DNA of 64,000 bases from Octopus vulgaris (Eukaryota): contig OX597815.1 of NCBI GenBank assembly GCA_951406725.2, positions 94,426,001 through 94,490,000 of the forward strand, given 5' to 3'. Under the pieces are notes generated by a model. That model searched no databases. It saw only the letters and a program-made list of their open reading frames with translations, and had not been told where the DNA came from. Shown one piece after another: positions 40,241 through 54,360 of this stretch (positions are counted from its first letter, which is position 1; the number at the start of each line of letters is the position of its first letter). A program made the translations under genes and the position numbers.

Positions 40241-41511
40241 AATGAATAACAGAACAGAACATTAGAAATATAAGCATAATATATAATAGGTATAATATAT
40301 AATATTGAAACACAAATTAACTCAGGAAGAGGGAGTATTTTAACTTGTTAGAATTAACCTAAGTATATTTTAGAAATTTAATAAAATTTAATAAATAAAA
40401 ATAAAACAAAACATTAATATAATAAGTATAACTTAATTTACAAACCAATCATAAGATAAAAATAATATAAATAAAAATACTATATACTATATATTATATG
40501 ATATGATACTTAAATATCAAGTATTGTATCAAGGAAGGGGTGATAGATGAATAACCACTAAGAAGTGAAAAAACCGATAAACAGCGTTTGAAGTGTGAGT
40601 ATATGTGTGCGTAAAATAGAGGTATGCTTGCGTGTGTGTGTGTTTGTGTGTATGTGAGTGTGCGTGTGTGTAGAATCGAAATGCGATGGTCATGTTCAAC
40701 GCTCAAAATGCAAGCTTACAATGTTTTGTATTTTAAATTGGGTTTGAAGTGAAACAATGTTAATTAATTAATAAATTAATTATATCCATTGAATATCTCC
40801 ATTTTCAAACTTAATATATATATATATATATATAAACTTACTCGGAGAAAAGAAAAGAAACGAAACAACGCGAATATATAATTAAGACGCGAACTCTATA
40901 ATCCTTTACTTGACCTTTCCTTCCTTCCTGTCTGTCTTCCTCCTTGCCTGTCCCTCTCCCTCTTATTTTTCACCCTTTCTGGTTTCCTTTCCGCTCTATC
41001 TCTCTCTCTCTCTCACTCCTCCTCATCTCTCTCACTGCCGAACTTCCTTTCACTGGCAGCTTTCTACAAGTCAACATGACTTTTTTTGCGCTATGAATTT
41101 ATCCATCGTCTAGGTTTGAAAAACAGCCCTTAATGTTGGTTTCTTTGTCCTGTTTTTATTCTCTATGTTTACTGTATTTTTTTTGTATTTGTATTTTTAT
41201 TTGTAATTGTATTTTATTTGTATTGCTTTTACGTACTGTTCGTGTCACATTTTTTTCTTTCCTTGATTTTACCCCTCTGCAAAGGAATTTTATTTAATTC
41301 CTCTGCAGGAAGGATTGATTCGGCGGGTCGTGTTCTGTCCTTACCTTCGAAACACGCATTGAGTCGATCCAGGGCCAGCTGATGAAGGGGAATATTCCTT
41401 GTATTGTTTGTCTTGTACTCTGTTTTTTCGTTGTTAAAAAAAGTCCGTTTCCTAGATGTTTTTATGTTTTCGTTTCTCGTTGTGTTCTACGTTTATTTGT
41501 GGTGTCCTGTA

Positions 41512-41576
<65 letters not shown>

Positions 41577-41799
41577 ATATACATGTAGATGTAGGTAGTA
41601 CATATATGTATGTATGTATGCATATATTTTATTTATTACATATATATATATATGCATGTATATATACATGTAGATGTAGGTACGTACATATATGTATGTA
41701 TGTATGCATATATTTTATTTATTACATATATATATATATATATACACTTACACGCAAATACATATATGTATATATATAAATACATATACATATATATAC

Positions 41800-41832
<33 letters not shown>

Positions 41833-41879
41833 TGTATGTATGTATGTATGTATGTATGTATGTATGTATGTATGTGTGT

Positions 41880-42080
41880 GTGTGTGTATGCGTTCGTGTG
41901 TGTGTGTTTGTATCTGTGTTTAGTGTTTCTACTTACCCGCAACTTAAGGGTTTGGGAAGAGAGAATGATAGCGTAAATACCAGGGTGAAAAAAAAAGGTC
42001 TTGGGTCGATTTGTTCGACTAAAAGTCCTGAAGGCGGTGCCCCGTCATGGCTGCAGTCTAATGAGTGGAAAAAAAAGAAA
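41880..42080 (+). mobile_element. Family A SINE, 3' half, diverged
   Basis: GGGTCGATTTGTTCGACTAAAA and GGCGGTGCCCCGTCATGGCTGCAGTC tail. Confidence 0.75.
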
Positions 42081-42242
42081 ACATACATACATATATATAT
42101 GTCAAGCTAATATAATACGACAATTATAATATGTCAGGCTAATATAATTTTTATGCATGTCCTCACGTTCGTTTTTCTTCTTTTCGTTTTCATTCGGTTT
42201 TTGAATTATTTGCTTATTGTATTGACTATATATATGTATATG

Positions 42243-42548
42243 TGGAGGCGCAATGGCCCAGTGGTTAGGGCAGCGGACTCGCGGTCGCAGGATCGCGGTT
42301 TCGATTCCCAGACCGGGCGTTGTGAGTGTTTATTGAGCGAAAACACCTAAAGGCTCCACAATGCTTCGGCAGGGGGTGGTGATCCCTGCTGTACTCTTTC
42401 ACCACTCTTTCTCCCACTCTTTCTTCTGTTGGCCTGCTCGCTTAGCCAGCGGGGTGGCGTCATTCGAAGGCTAAAACAATGCGAACGCATTGTGACCAGC
42501 GATGTGTGACGACATCTGATGGTCTGGTCGGTCACGTGATCACGTGAT
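42243..42548 (+). mobile_element. tRNA-derived SINE, family C, apparently full length
   Basis: GGCGCAATGGCCCAGTGGTTAGG A box, GGTTTCGATTCCC B box, non-tRNA body, (TCACGTGA)2 end, inserted in TA-rich sequence. Confidence 0.85.
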
Positions 42549-42815
42549 ATATATGTAAATATATACTTACATATACATGCATGCATATATATTCGTATGT
42601 ATATATATATGCGTGCATATACATACATACACAGACATACACAAACAAAAACGCACACATTGTTCGTGTAAAGACGGCGTAGCTGGCTGGAACTTGAAAA
42701 TCACTGTCAACAACATTCTTGTATAAGAATAACAAATTTGTACTCTGCAAAAGTAACCCATCCGATTGATGTAAAATTGTTTTTATTATAACTGAACTTA
42801 AAAACAAACATTAAG

Positions 42816-42858
<43 letters not shown>

Positions 42859-43939
42859 ATCATTATCACCCATCCACCCACACACGTATACACAAACACC
42901 CCCACACGCACTCAAGATAAGGATTAATACCAACAAGATTGCGAATTATATAAAAGATAAAAATTAAGATATTTTAAGGAATGAACATTAACATGTTTCT
43001 CAGATGAGAAAAAACTGTTTGGGTAAATGAAAGAACTAATAGGTGTGATTACAGTTTTCTATTTTTCTTAGTTTTTCTACTTTTTTTTAAATTTCACAAA
43101 GCTGCTAAAAGTGTGTGTATGTGTGTATGTGTGTGTGTGTGTGTTTATTCCTCACCATTTCTCTTTTTCTATTTCGCTCTGTCTGTCTCTCTCTTTTCCT
43201 CTCTCTCTTTCACTCTCATGAATATTGAGACCTCACTTCCTCGTCTACACCATAAAAACGTCACAAACAAGACCTCAACTAAATGGAACACAGCATGCAA
43301 AAGTAGATTCTTCCAAAACGCATTCTGCGTGTAAATACCTTGTGTTAGTTAGTCGGATGTTTATGTAATAATGCTATGAAAATAGTATTTTTTCTTCATA
43401 TAAACAGTCAATCCAATCCAGAATAATCGATAGATATCTTGTCGATTGTTGAATAACTAACAGTTTATGTTAGCTTTAGACGCAATATTGACAATAAAAC
43501 CCAAAGTTTGTTGGATATTATTGAAAATGTCAGTTCTACGGGCCAAAAGATGGAAATATTGATCTAAATAGATCAAGAAAGTAGGGAAACCATTCCAGAT
43601 CCGATCAATTTGCCTGATGGCTCACAATTCATTCTTCGTTGGGGTTGACGGCTGGAAACGAAGGTATCACTTACGGGATGACAAATACTGTCTAATGACT
43701 TTCTGTCCATAGGAAAGGGGGGGGTTGAAGAAAGGCTCCTCAACCGCTGTTAGCACCACTGCACAATGGCCATAGCACAACATTAACATCAAGATGCAAA
43801 CATAACAACATCATCAACAAAAATCAGCAGTAGATACGAAAGTAAGTGTAGTAAAATCAGCAATATATATGAAAGTAAGCGTAAAAACGACCAATGAGGA
43901 ACCCTATGAAAATAACAACTACAAAAACAGAAATAACAT

Positions 43940-44050
43940 CGGGCACTTTCGCTACCTGATCGTGTCGCCACAACTTGTAGTGGTTTTGGGCAAGTCTAGA
44001 GCATTCGTTGGTGATATGGGCAATTATTTCATCCATTCTATTACAGATAT
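43940..44050 (-). mobile_element. R4/Dong-type CCHC zinc-finger fragment
   Basis: ICNRMDEIIAHITNECSRLAQNHYKLWRHDQVAKV next to a (TAA)n run. Confidence 0.7.
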
Positions 44051-44288
44051 TATTATTATTATTATTTTCATTAGCATCTTCTTTCAATTCTGTTTTCATT
44101 TCTTGCCGAGTGTCTTCTTGACGCCTAGGACAGGGAAACGTAATGTGATCTTTGAGATTTTCGTCACTGTTTGCAATTATCTTCAAAAGGGTTTTTTTAA
44201 TGTATCATATAGATGTAACTTTTGACACGGATCCGAATTTCTTATTCATTTATTCTAGAAAAAATTTGCAAAAATGTTACAGGTATTC

Positions 44289-44580
44289 AAAGTTTGATAA
44301 TTTTCAGAATTTTCATCCAATCAGAAAACAACACGTTCGCTGCCTCTCCTGTCATCAGAACAAACTAGCATTTTATAAAATAAATTATCTTTCTCGTATC
44401 TCCTCCTCCTTGTGCGCATGTACAGCATCTTTGGTTACTATGGAAACAGTTCCTCGCAATCGGCTATGCAACACGTTGTGCTTCTTTGCTTTGGTTACTA
44501 TAGAAATAGAAATTTTCACTACGGTGATATGTAAAATACTCGCTTCTGATTGGCTAAAATACCCAAATTTTGCAAACTTT
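44289..44580. repeat. MITE-like element with imperfect inverted ends of about 38 bp
   Basis: AAAGTTTG...CCAATCAGAA (44289-44326) vs TTCTGATTGG...CAAACTTT (44544-44580). Confidence 0.55.
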
Positions 44581-44658
44581 AAAGGCTAATAACACTGGGG
44601 TCGATGTAATCGACACGCCCTTTCTCAAATTTCAGTCCTTATGCCTATAGCGTAAAAT

Positions 44659-44749
44659 ATTATTATTATTATTATTGTTGTTGTTGTTGTTGTTGTTCTT
44701 CTTCTTCTTCTTCTTCTTCTTCTTCTTCTTCTTCTTCTTCTTCTTCTTC

Positions 44750-44819
<70 letters not shown>

Positions 44820-44845
44820 CTACCACCACCACCACCACCACCACC

Positions 44846-44931
<86 letters not shown>

Positions 44932-45040
44932 TATTATCATTATTAGTATCATTATTATTACTATTATTACCATTACTATTATAATTATTTTATTATTACT
45001 ATTATTGTTCTTACATGTTTTATTATTTTGTTATTATTTA
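44659..45040. repeat. Compound trinucleotide ladder TTA/TTG/TTC/ATC/ACC/ATC/ATT
   Basis: Directly visible. Confidence 0.95.
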
Positions 45041-45048
45041 TTAATACG

Positions 45049-45190
45049 ATGAGTTGGCAGCTCGTTAGGACGCCCGATATAATGCTTAGCGGTATTTCGT
45101 CCATTTTTACGTTACGAGTTCAAATTCCCCTGAGGTCGACCTTGCTTTTCATCTTTTCGGGTCGTCCGATGAAATACGTACCAGTTATGT
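45049..45190 (+). mobile_element. Family B SINE, 5' part
   Basis: GAGTTCAAATTCCCCTGAGGTCGACCTTGCTTTTCATC. Confidence 0.75.
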
Positions 45191-45643
45191 AGAGTGTATA
45201 GTGTTATATAGTCGAGTATTGATTGTATAAAATGTGTGCTGGAGGGTTCACTTCTGATTTTATTTCACAGATTATTCCTGCCTCGGCAGATCTTTGATTA
45301 ATGATGTTGTAACCGTAACGATCCTATCTTCTCGTATTATTTATTGTATATCAAGAAATACATTATCATGTGTGTCCTCTCTTACTATAGGGTGTAATTT
45401 CAGGGAGATTTAGCTGCTATTTGCATCACTAAGTTCAAAAACTTCGATTTATCGAGAAAACCATCTCTAGTAGATGAAAAAATTTCTTCATCAAGTGCTG
45501 CCTATAGTGAAATAAAATAAAGCAGGAGAGATATTTACTCTCCTGAGCGACTTTTACTCGATATTCATCATCAGCACGTTATAATTTCCTGGATTTCTAT
45601 AAGTATTCTGATTACTTAAAAGTCTTATCAACTGATTAAAATA

Positions 45644-45726
45644 GTCTCCACTGATGAGATCTAAGAAGATCGAAATATGCACGTCATTATATTCCCCCAA
45701 AATTCGGTAGGCTAAGATTACTGGAG
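45644..45726 (+). ncRNA. Hammerhead core motif
   Basis: CTCCA-CTGATGA-GATC-TAAGAA-GATC-GAAA; possible stem I partner TGGAG at 45722-45726; stem III unclear. Confidence 0.45.
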
Positions 45727-45959
45727 TTCTCTCCTTTGCTTGTTGGTTTTATATATTAATAACCTCAGAAGAAGATTCTCTCTATTGCTTGCATGATCTA
45801 AGCTAAGCGATAGCGTAGTTTTTCATTTCACTATATAGCAAATGTGAGGACCTATTATATATAAACGGGTGTGTGAGTGTGAGTGCGTGTGTGTGTGAGT
45901 GTGTGTGTGTCTGTGTCTGTGAGCGTGTGTCTGCGTATGTGTGTTTGTGTGTGGGTGTA

Positions 45960-45999
<40 letters not shown>

Positions 46000-47930
46000 A
46001 TAGAGAGAAAGGAAGAGAGAGAGAGAAAGCTAGAAAAAGAAAGACAGCGTATGTAGTATGTGTTCCTTCCGCATACACGTGTGTCTGCGTATGTAAACTA
46101 ATGCGTATTGATTTGGCATCACTTTGAATTTCAAACAGACATCTGAAATTAAGGAAAGTCTACTTTGAAACTATAATATTATCCACTTTGACGGGTGTCT
46201 CTTTCGCCAGATTGCTTTTGGCACTGATTTTTAATGTCAGATAGTGTCTGCCATATACGACCATGTTGAAAGAGCTCGACTAGTGGTTATATATTATTTT
46301 CTGTCTCATTTGCCAAGTTATCTGGCCATGACAAACGCATGGATCAAATTGAATGCTCTACTCATTGATCTGACATTAAGTCTTAATATTGTATACTTAT
46401 AAGAGCAGTTTACTGTACAAGGAGAACAGTTCGATAGCCAATAAATATCTTCAGAGAAACAACTGCAATTAAAGTACATGTACATATGTACTTACCCATG
46501 TATGTATGTATGTATATATGTATTTATGTATGTACGCATGTAGGTACGTGCGCATTTATGAATATATGCATGTACCCGTAAGTGTATGTAAGTATACATA
46601 CATACATATATATACATATACACACACACATATATATATATACACACAGATACACACACACATATATATGCATAGATTCGCCTGTATGTATTTATCTATG
46701 AACATATTCAAGAAGTCAAACGCGCGCGTGTTTGCGTGTGTACGTATGCATGTCTTTGGAATAATCAATGAAACTTCTATGTCCGTATATGAATATATAT
46801 ATATATATATATATATTTATACACATGCATATATATATAAGTATATATTTATGTAAGTATGTATGTATGTATGTATGTATGTATGTATGTATGTATGTAT
46901 GTATGTATGTATGTATGTATGTATGAGAGTCATCGCAACATCGAGATCTTCCGTGAGGTAAATTGTGGCAAATATTCCATATTTTTTATGGGATATTTTT
47001 AAGGTCCATTCTGTTTGTTTGATACATTGACATAAAATTATCGGATGCACTCTCTATATTGTCACTGTAAATGTTCAATGATTGACTACTTCGCTTTGAT
47101 GAACTAAGACTGTAGTGCTTAGGTAAATATGTGCATGTATGAACACACACACACGCACACACACACACACATACGCACACACACAAAAAAACACACACAA
47201 ATACGCACACACACTCGCTTACACATATACATGTATATATGTATACATATATATTTACATATACGTATAAGTATAAATATATATATATGTATATATATAT
47301 AAACACATATGTGTGTATATGTGTATGTGTATATATAAATACACTCATACACACACACACATTTTTATAAGCTGAAGTATTCGATGTGCGTACCTGAACA
47401 GCGGACTCGAGGAATTGTCGTTAATGCTATAACGTAATTTGCTTGAAACATAGCAAAGTTTCTTGAGAAACTACAAGCCGAGTAGCAAACCATATAACTT
47501 CTCATATTTTTTATTAAATTCTTCTGGTTTCTGTTTTAAACAGTAGATTAGGATTTCGCAATAAACGTAAAAGCAAAGAATAACCAGTTGAATGCTTTGG
47601 ATCCTGTTTGTCTCCGATTAACTTTAAACTAGAATTCCAACAATAAACTATAATCTTAAATTCTTAAACCTAAACTCTAAGTCTTAAATTTGCTCTAAAA
47701 TAGTATTTCATCACCGACTTTTTAAAAAAAATCCTAATCTCCTCTGTTTGAAACTGAATTCCGAAAATGATTTCTAAGAAAGCAATTCAAAAATGAATTT
47801 GTTATGGTCGGCTGCATTCTTTCCAGTAGAGAGGACGAAGAATGAAAAAATTCGAAATTTTGAAAAACTTATTCTTTGCAGAATATCGCCATCGCTGATG
47901 CCTAAAACCTAGAAATTGAAAGAAATTTTT

Positions 47931-48008
<78 letters not shown>

Positions 48009-48019
48009 GCACGCACGTA

Positions 48020-48168
48020 CACACATAAGTAGTTACAGAAGACCCTCATGTGTCATCGAAAAAAGTTCTTGCAGACACAATTTCATCGCTATGCAACTGT
48101 TGATACACTACTAAAAGGTTAACTCGCTGATTTTTAAATCCGGATAACACCGGGTATTTCGATTAGTG
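48020..48168 (+). mobile_element. Possible non-autonomous Helitron 3' end
   Basis: CCGG-ATAACA-CCGG hairpin about 10 nt upstream of a degenerate CTAGT end (TTAGT). Confidence 0.4.
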
Positions 48169-48274
48169 TATGCCTGTGTATGTGTACAAGTAAATGCATG
48201 TGTTTGTATATATGTGTGCGTAAGAGAGGGAACGAGAGAAAGGGAGGGCAAGAGAGGGAGAAACAGAGATCGAC

Positions 48275-48345
<71 letters not shown>

Positions 48346-48974
48346 AAGAAAGAGAAAGAGAGAGAAAGAAAGAGAGAGAAAGAAAGAGAGAGAGAGAGAG
48401 GTGGGGAAACTCAAATGTGGTTTGGATGTGGTTATTTGATCCGTGACTGGGGAAGATATGTCATCCCTGAGAACTCAGAACGTGAAGAACTAGGAACAAG
48501 CATCGTTTGATACTGTATTTTATGTGTGTGTGTGTATGTGTGTGTGTATGTGTGCGTGTGGGTGTGTATGCATGCATTGTATGAGTGCATGCGTACATAT
48601 GTGTGAGGAAGAAAGGAGCGTGTCTATATCTAAGCGTGTATACCTGAGTATGCGTGTACATTTATACATGTGTATGAGTAACGGCTTATACGCATGTGTA
48701 TATATGGCTGTGTGATATTTATAACAGGACACTCACACATACACTCAGTTGGTCGAGAGACTGTACAAAGCTACTCTGCACCTTCTCTCACTACACTTTT
48801 TTTTCAAATTTTGGTGCTTCTTCATTTACTTTATCATCATTCTCCACCCTCACTTACAAGCTTCGTCCACCTCATTCTAACATTGTTGCAGATTACTTGC
48901 GATACTTATAATACTTATTGGTCTAGTTAAGTATTCTAAATTTTAAGATAAGATACATATATACATACATACGT

Positions 48975-49049
<75 letters not shown>

Positions 49050-49466
49050 CACACTGTAACAGTTTGCCTCAGTACCAATCTTGAGAAATTAGGCTTCCCA
49101 AACCAGAAAGGTTAAAAGGTGATTCGAAGACTACAGATCCAAGCCAGTAAAAATCTGCAAAACGTTTCTGAAGTTTATCATTTAAGTATATATGAACATG
49201 TCTTAACATGCAATTATATGCATGAGAATACATACATAAAATAAAACACACAAATCTGCACACACATACATACATACGTGCATACAAAAATAAATATACT
49301 GTTGATGTAGTTGAAATTCCAATGAAGGAACCTTGGATCTAGGTCAGAAACTGGCTCTTTTCCTATTACCAAGAAATCTTGAAATAAAACTGAATAATGA
49401 CATATATGCATACATGCAAACACACACAAACACACAAACACACAAACACACACACACACACACACA

Positions 49467-49518
<52 letters not shown>

Positions 49519-49739
49519 CATACATATATACAAACACACACACAAACATACATACACACAAACATATATATACACATACATATACATAATATAAACATAC
49601 ACATACATACTAAAAATATTGTATGAGTAGCCGAGTGTTATAGTAGATATCTAATGTCTCACCTTGAAGGTTGCTCTTTACTGTTAAGTAACTGGAGTTA
49701 CTAAATGTTTCATCAGAAAGAGTGAGATAAGAATAACTT

Positions 49740-50290
49740 TATTCATCCGCCTTGTGACACAAAATGAATGTTGATTGTTGCAGTGTGATAGACTTCACCC
49801 AAATCCTTAGCAACTGTACAAAGATGCTTGCAACCTACTACATTCTTATAAGACATAACATTGTTTCTAAAAGCATTTACAATGTTATCCGCAAGATTTA
49901 TTCCAATGGTCATACCAAAGGCATCCCAGAAACAAAATGTATCCACATTTTTAAAAACGAGGAATACTGGTTGAACATTCCAGCAAAAACTATAATGAGG
50001 TGCGAACACAATAGACCTTACATTATTCGGTTAGACAGGAAAAATTCATACACTGCTACACTGCTGTAGAGTTCAGCTACTCAGTAGTTGTGAATGTCTC
50101 ATCTAAATTGGAAAAAAGATGAACGTCTATAGTAAAGTAACGATAAACATACAGCTCTTATACCCAGGCAAAACATTATTTGTACTCAGGGTCAAATTCT
50201 AGTGGAAGTTAAATATCACTACTTAGTCTTGGATTGCTTGAAGTTTCGTAGACGTAAATCAAATACATTTCAACTTGCAAATAATCTTCC
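49740..50290 (+). mobile_element. R4/Dong-type zinc finger plus RLE fragment
   Basis: QILSNCTKMLATYYILIRHNIVSKSIY...EYWLNIP...CEHNRPYII...VEFSY, a degenerate HILSNC...RHD...HNRPD pattern. Confidence 0.7.
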
Positions 50291-53200
50291 TTGTATCTAG
50301 GTAGTCACTCAACCTGCAAGAAGTAGCAGCTAAGTCTCTCTAAAACAACATACTTCTTTCCTTAGAAAGAATTCATTGAATAATGACGTCCTAGATACAC
50401 AACTTTTGGAAATAAGGCAGTACGGTCATAACTTTAATGCATTTTCCATTTCTTCTCGATTGGAACCGACTTGGGACCAGACAAGAAAAAGAAGAAAAAA
50501 AAACAGGAAAAAAAAAGAAAAAGGAGAAAAGGACATTTTGCAGTCATTAAACAGTAAGGATACATTGGCTGATATAATCCGGGGTAAAATATGATGGAAA
50601 AGAAAACAAATATAGCTGAAATGTCTTAGTTCATACATCTGCTCGATCTGGGCTGACCTAGGGCTAAATTTAAACCACAAGTACCCAAAGGTCAGCACCG
50701 AGTTTAAGGCAAAAGTTTATCGGCAGGAATCAACCTGTTCAGCAGACTTTCATCGGCCTCTAATTCAATTGCTAACTCAATTGCTGTTATGTTAATATGT
50801 ACAATCTCGTTCTGAATTGATACCGCTATTTGAATATATGTTTCCATTATGTGTTACAGAAAGGTAGCAAAATAAATCATCTACCGTGACCTGTGGGGAG
50901 TTCTACACTTTGGGCACATTCAGTAATAAAGTAATCACTCAAGGTGAATTCAATGCGAGTGTTGGCCCTGATCATTTTGGATGAAGCGATGTTATTGGTT
51001 GAAGAAAGGTGGTAAAAGAAAAAAATACATTAAGTACATGATTAGGGAAACTGTAAAAGTCCTATGTCAAGCCATTATGCTGCAAGTAGTGTTGGCAAAC
51101 TGGGAAATAATTTCAAACTACAATTTCTGCTGGCACTGTTGTTACTTTTATCCAACAGTGTTCGAGTAGACATATGGTCAGAGTCTTATTGTATAATCGG
51201 AACTACATTCTCTAAAGCGTCCTACATTTCTTAAGACTATAGAGTGTCATTTTAGAAAAAAAATTTCAGCTATATTTCCAGAAGGATGAACGACCACGTA
51301 GAAGCTCTGTCGGTGAATTGTTGACACCATAGAGTAAGGAAGATGCATTTCAAATTGATACACGAAAACATTCATCATAATAAAATAGCCCAAAATAAAA
51401 GATAATCGTTGATACAGGCTCACAACTTACCATAGCTATGTCAAATTAAGCTGCAACTCATTCAAGCAAGAAACCTCAGTGTTTGCCGGCCGCAAATACG
51501 CTAAACCGAATCAATAGAGCGAGAGAATTTCAGGTATCACTGAATAGGTATCTTGATAAAATATACATCTTACCTTCAGCAAAAATTTGATGACAAACAA
51601 CGCTACATGGTTTCAAATACGCAAGGCAAGGACAAGTTTTCAATAAGCATTATAGTATATGTCGAGAAGAATGTTTGCTACCGATGTTCTCAAGATTATG
51701 TGTCTACTGGAGAGCTTTTACAAAAAGTGTATATGTGCTTTTCTTCTGCTCTTTCAGTGGTTTCCTTCACTGAATTGGCTGAATTAAAGCTCTGCTGAGG
51801 CACAACACGTGAGAGATCAGAACGTATTTTAGTCCGGTACAGTTGTTTATGAATTTATATTTATCTAGTTGTTAAGCAAGCTTTTTTTTTTTGATGCAAC
51901 ACCAGTTCAGATGATTGCTGTTGTATCTAAGACGAACAGGGGCATGCACACAAACACATGCATAGGCATATACATATAAATATAAGACGGGTGTTTGCAC
52001 AATTTTCGGCTACTCACAAGATGTTGGCCAACCCGAAGCTATTGTAGTACATACTTACTCAAGGTAATGCGCAGTGGCTTCAAGTCTTGAACTATGCTCT
52101 TGCAAATCGCACTGCTTCATAACACAACCATTTCTAAAACTGAATAAAACTGAATAAAAGGTGGAATGGTCATAGTTGAATCTCCTTTGATCATGTGTTT
52201 CCTCGGCTTCCCTACAAGAACAATTATTCCCACTATTATAAACTTGTTGCGAATTAGGCTGTGTAGTTTCAGACTTCAATAGCGCCACTATAATTCACTT
52301 ACTCAAACACGAGGGATCAAAAAAACATCTTACTGTTAAAATGCTTGCGACAATTACACAGAAGAGGAGTATCACTTTCTTAACTTTATTTAATGTGAGT
52401 TGGAATGTAGGTTCTGTTAGATGAGATTCCACTGATAGAATATTTGTCAAGACAGTTAATAGAGAAATGGTCTGTGTGTGAAACCGGTGTTTATAGACAG
52501 AACTCGTTAACCTTACCATCATTCTCACAACATATACTCTCCTATTTCCTGAGCTTGGAAAGCTTGTGGCTGTTCTTATAAAACTTCTGTATCCTAAACC
52601 CAATGCTGGGTATAATTTATTTCTACGCTCTAATGACAACGACTGTACCTGAAAATGCATATGGTTTCATAGTTTCCCAATGTTACAAAGCAGGGGGATG
52701 CGAATGAACCAATAGTGTTTGCCTTGCTTTTTCCAATGATGTCTCGATTGCCTTTTAATTCTTCGACTTTGAGCACACATTGAATATAGTTTTTACGAAA
52801 TTTAATTTCCATACAATAGTGAAGGGTATATTTTTCTAATTCTTTTGCTTCTAATGTGTTTCGTATAGCACTCTTAGTGAACAAGATGGGATGATTTATC
52901 AGCTCTTCTCAGAGACAGCTAAATCCTAACTTTCAAATGTGTCCTTTAAAAAGGAAACAAGGTTTAAATAGCGGCGGAAAGACATTTTGCAGGCTGCTTC
53001 ATTTCTATAGATAATATATTAAACGCTAAGGTGAAATTTCACCAGATTCATTGTTTAAAATCATCTGAATACTAATACTATTTGAGGCATGGCGAACAAA
53101 TGGACGGAAGTATTTAGGCAGCTATAACATCTTTTTGGATTGTCTATAGAAGTGAACAAATCTTTAGAATTGCTTCTACTCTTGTATGGCAGAGAAAAAT

Positions 53201-53596
53201 ATAATGTTGAACGTATCTCTCTAATGACAGCTAAGATTAAAATGTGACACCAATGACCCATACAAAGACACAAAATACTAGACTTTTGTTATTGGAGCAA
53301 CTAGTTTTGCTGCACTGAAAACGGGGGTCGGATAGGTGACAGAGGCTTTATGAAAATGTTAATATAAATAGTCACGAGGCAAACATAATTGTAACCAGAG
53401 GCGATATTTGGTTTATGACACTATTTCTTTTACAGCGAACTATTTCTACACTGAACTATCTCTACATTTCTTCTTCATGTTTTCATTTTCTAATTTTATA
53501 TGCATATAGAATACGCATGCATCACTACCCATGTTAGAAATGCATCTCCCCGCAATACACATATATGAACGTGTAGACACTAATTTAACGTATACA

Positions 53597-54321
53597 TACA
53601 CATGGAGTGGACAAAATAATGGAAACACTTATATTCTAATATTTAGAAACATACTACTGGCTGTCCCGTTTCCCACAAATGCAGCCTCTCTATAGATGTC
53701 AACAATGTCATACATGACATCATCATTTGCCGTTTTTCCCAGTTCAGCGTGTTTGTATATCTGGAAATATTCTGAAGAAACTTTCGGCCCTGTCTGTTTG
53801 GCCCCTGCCGTGAAGTATGGAGGTCGCTCTGTGATGTTTTGGGTATATTCCGAAATTCTCATAGCTCCATAGTTGTTCTGCATGGCAAACTTAACACCAA
53901 GGATTATCAAAGTATTTTGACTGATCACGCCCATCTTATAGTACCGATATAGTACCCTGAGGGTACTGCAATTCTTCCTACCAGTTCACACAGCTAATGT
54001 TACTCAAAATCTGTACGACGAATCGAATACGAAAGGAATATACACCACATGGGCTGACCCTCTACAATTACAGGACCTCAATATAATCTGACATTTATGA
54101 TGCATTTTGAAGTAGCAAGTGACGAACCACTACCATTCACCATTATCACTAAAAGAGCGAAAGTGGGTCTTATTTGAAGAATGGCTCAAAATTCCCCTAG
54201 CAACCGTTAGTATGAGTCAATTCCTCAACATTAAAAACTATGAATAATGCTGAAGGTGAACCAACACCGTGTTAAATAAAATTTCCATTGGACAAGTTGC
54301 TTCCATTATTCTATCTAAATG

Positions 54322-54326
<5 letters not shown>
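53597..54326 (+). mobile_element. Tc1-like element, internally deleted, with degenerate TIRs
   Basis: CLAPAVKYGGRSVMFW...LHGKLNTKDYQSILTDH...PVHTA...DLNII*HL*; GGACAAAATAATGGAAAC (about 53609-53626) vs GCTTCCATTATTCTATC (about 54299-54315). Confidence 0.75.

Positions 54327-54360
<34 letters not shown>

Noticed and set aside
42247-42320. tRNA-like sequence (also near 20767 and 28483)
   Set aside because: A and B boxes are present but there is no closing acceptor stem, and the sequence continues into a SINE body.
52295-52884. Adjacent minus-strand ORFs of 121 and 84 aa
   Set aside because: No recognisable domain or convincing splice signals.
53629-53934. 101-aa minus-strand ORF
   Set aside because: Antisense to the Tc1 transposase remnant.
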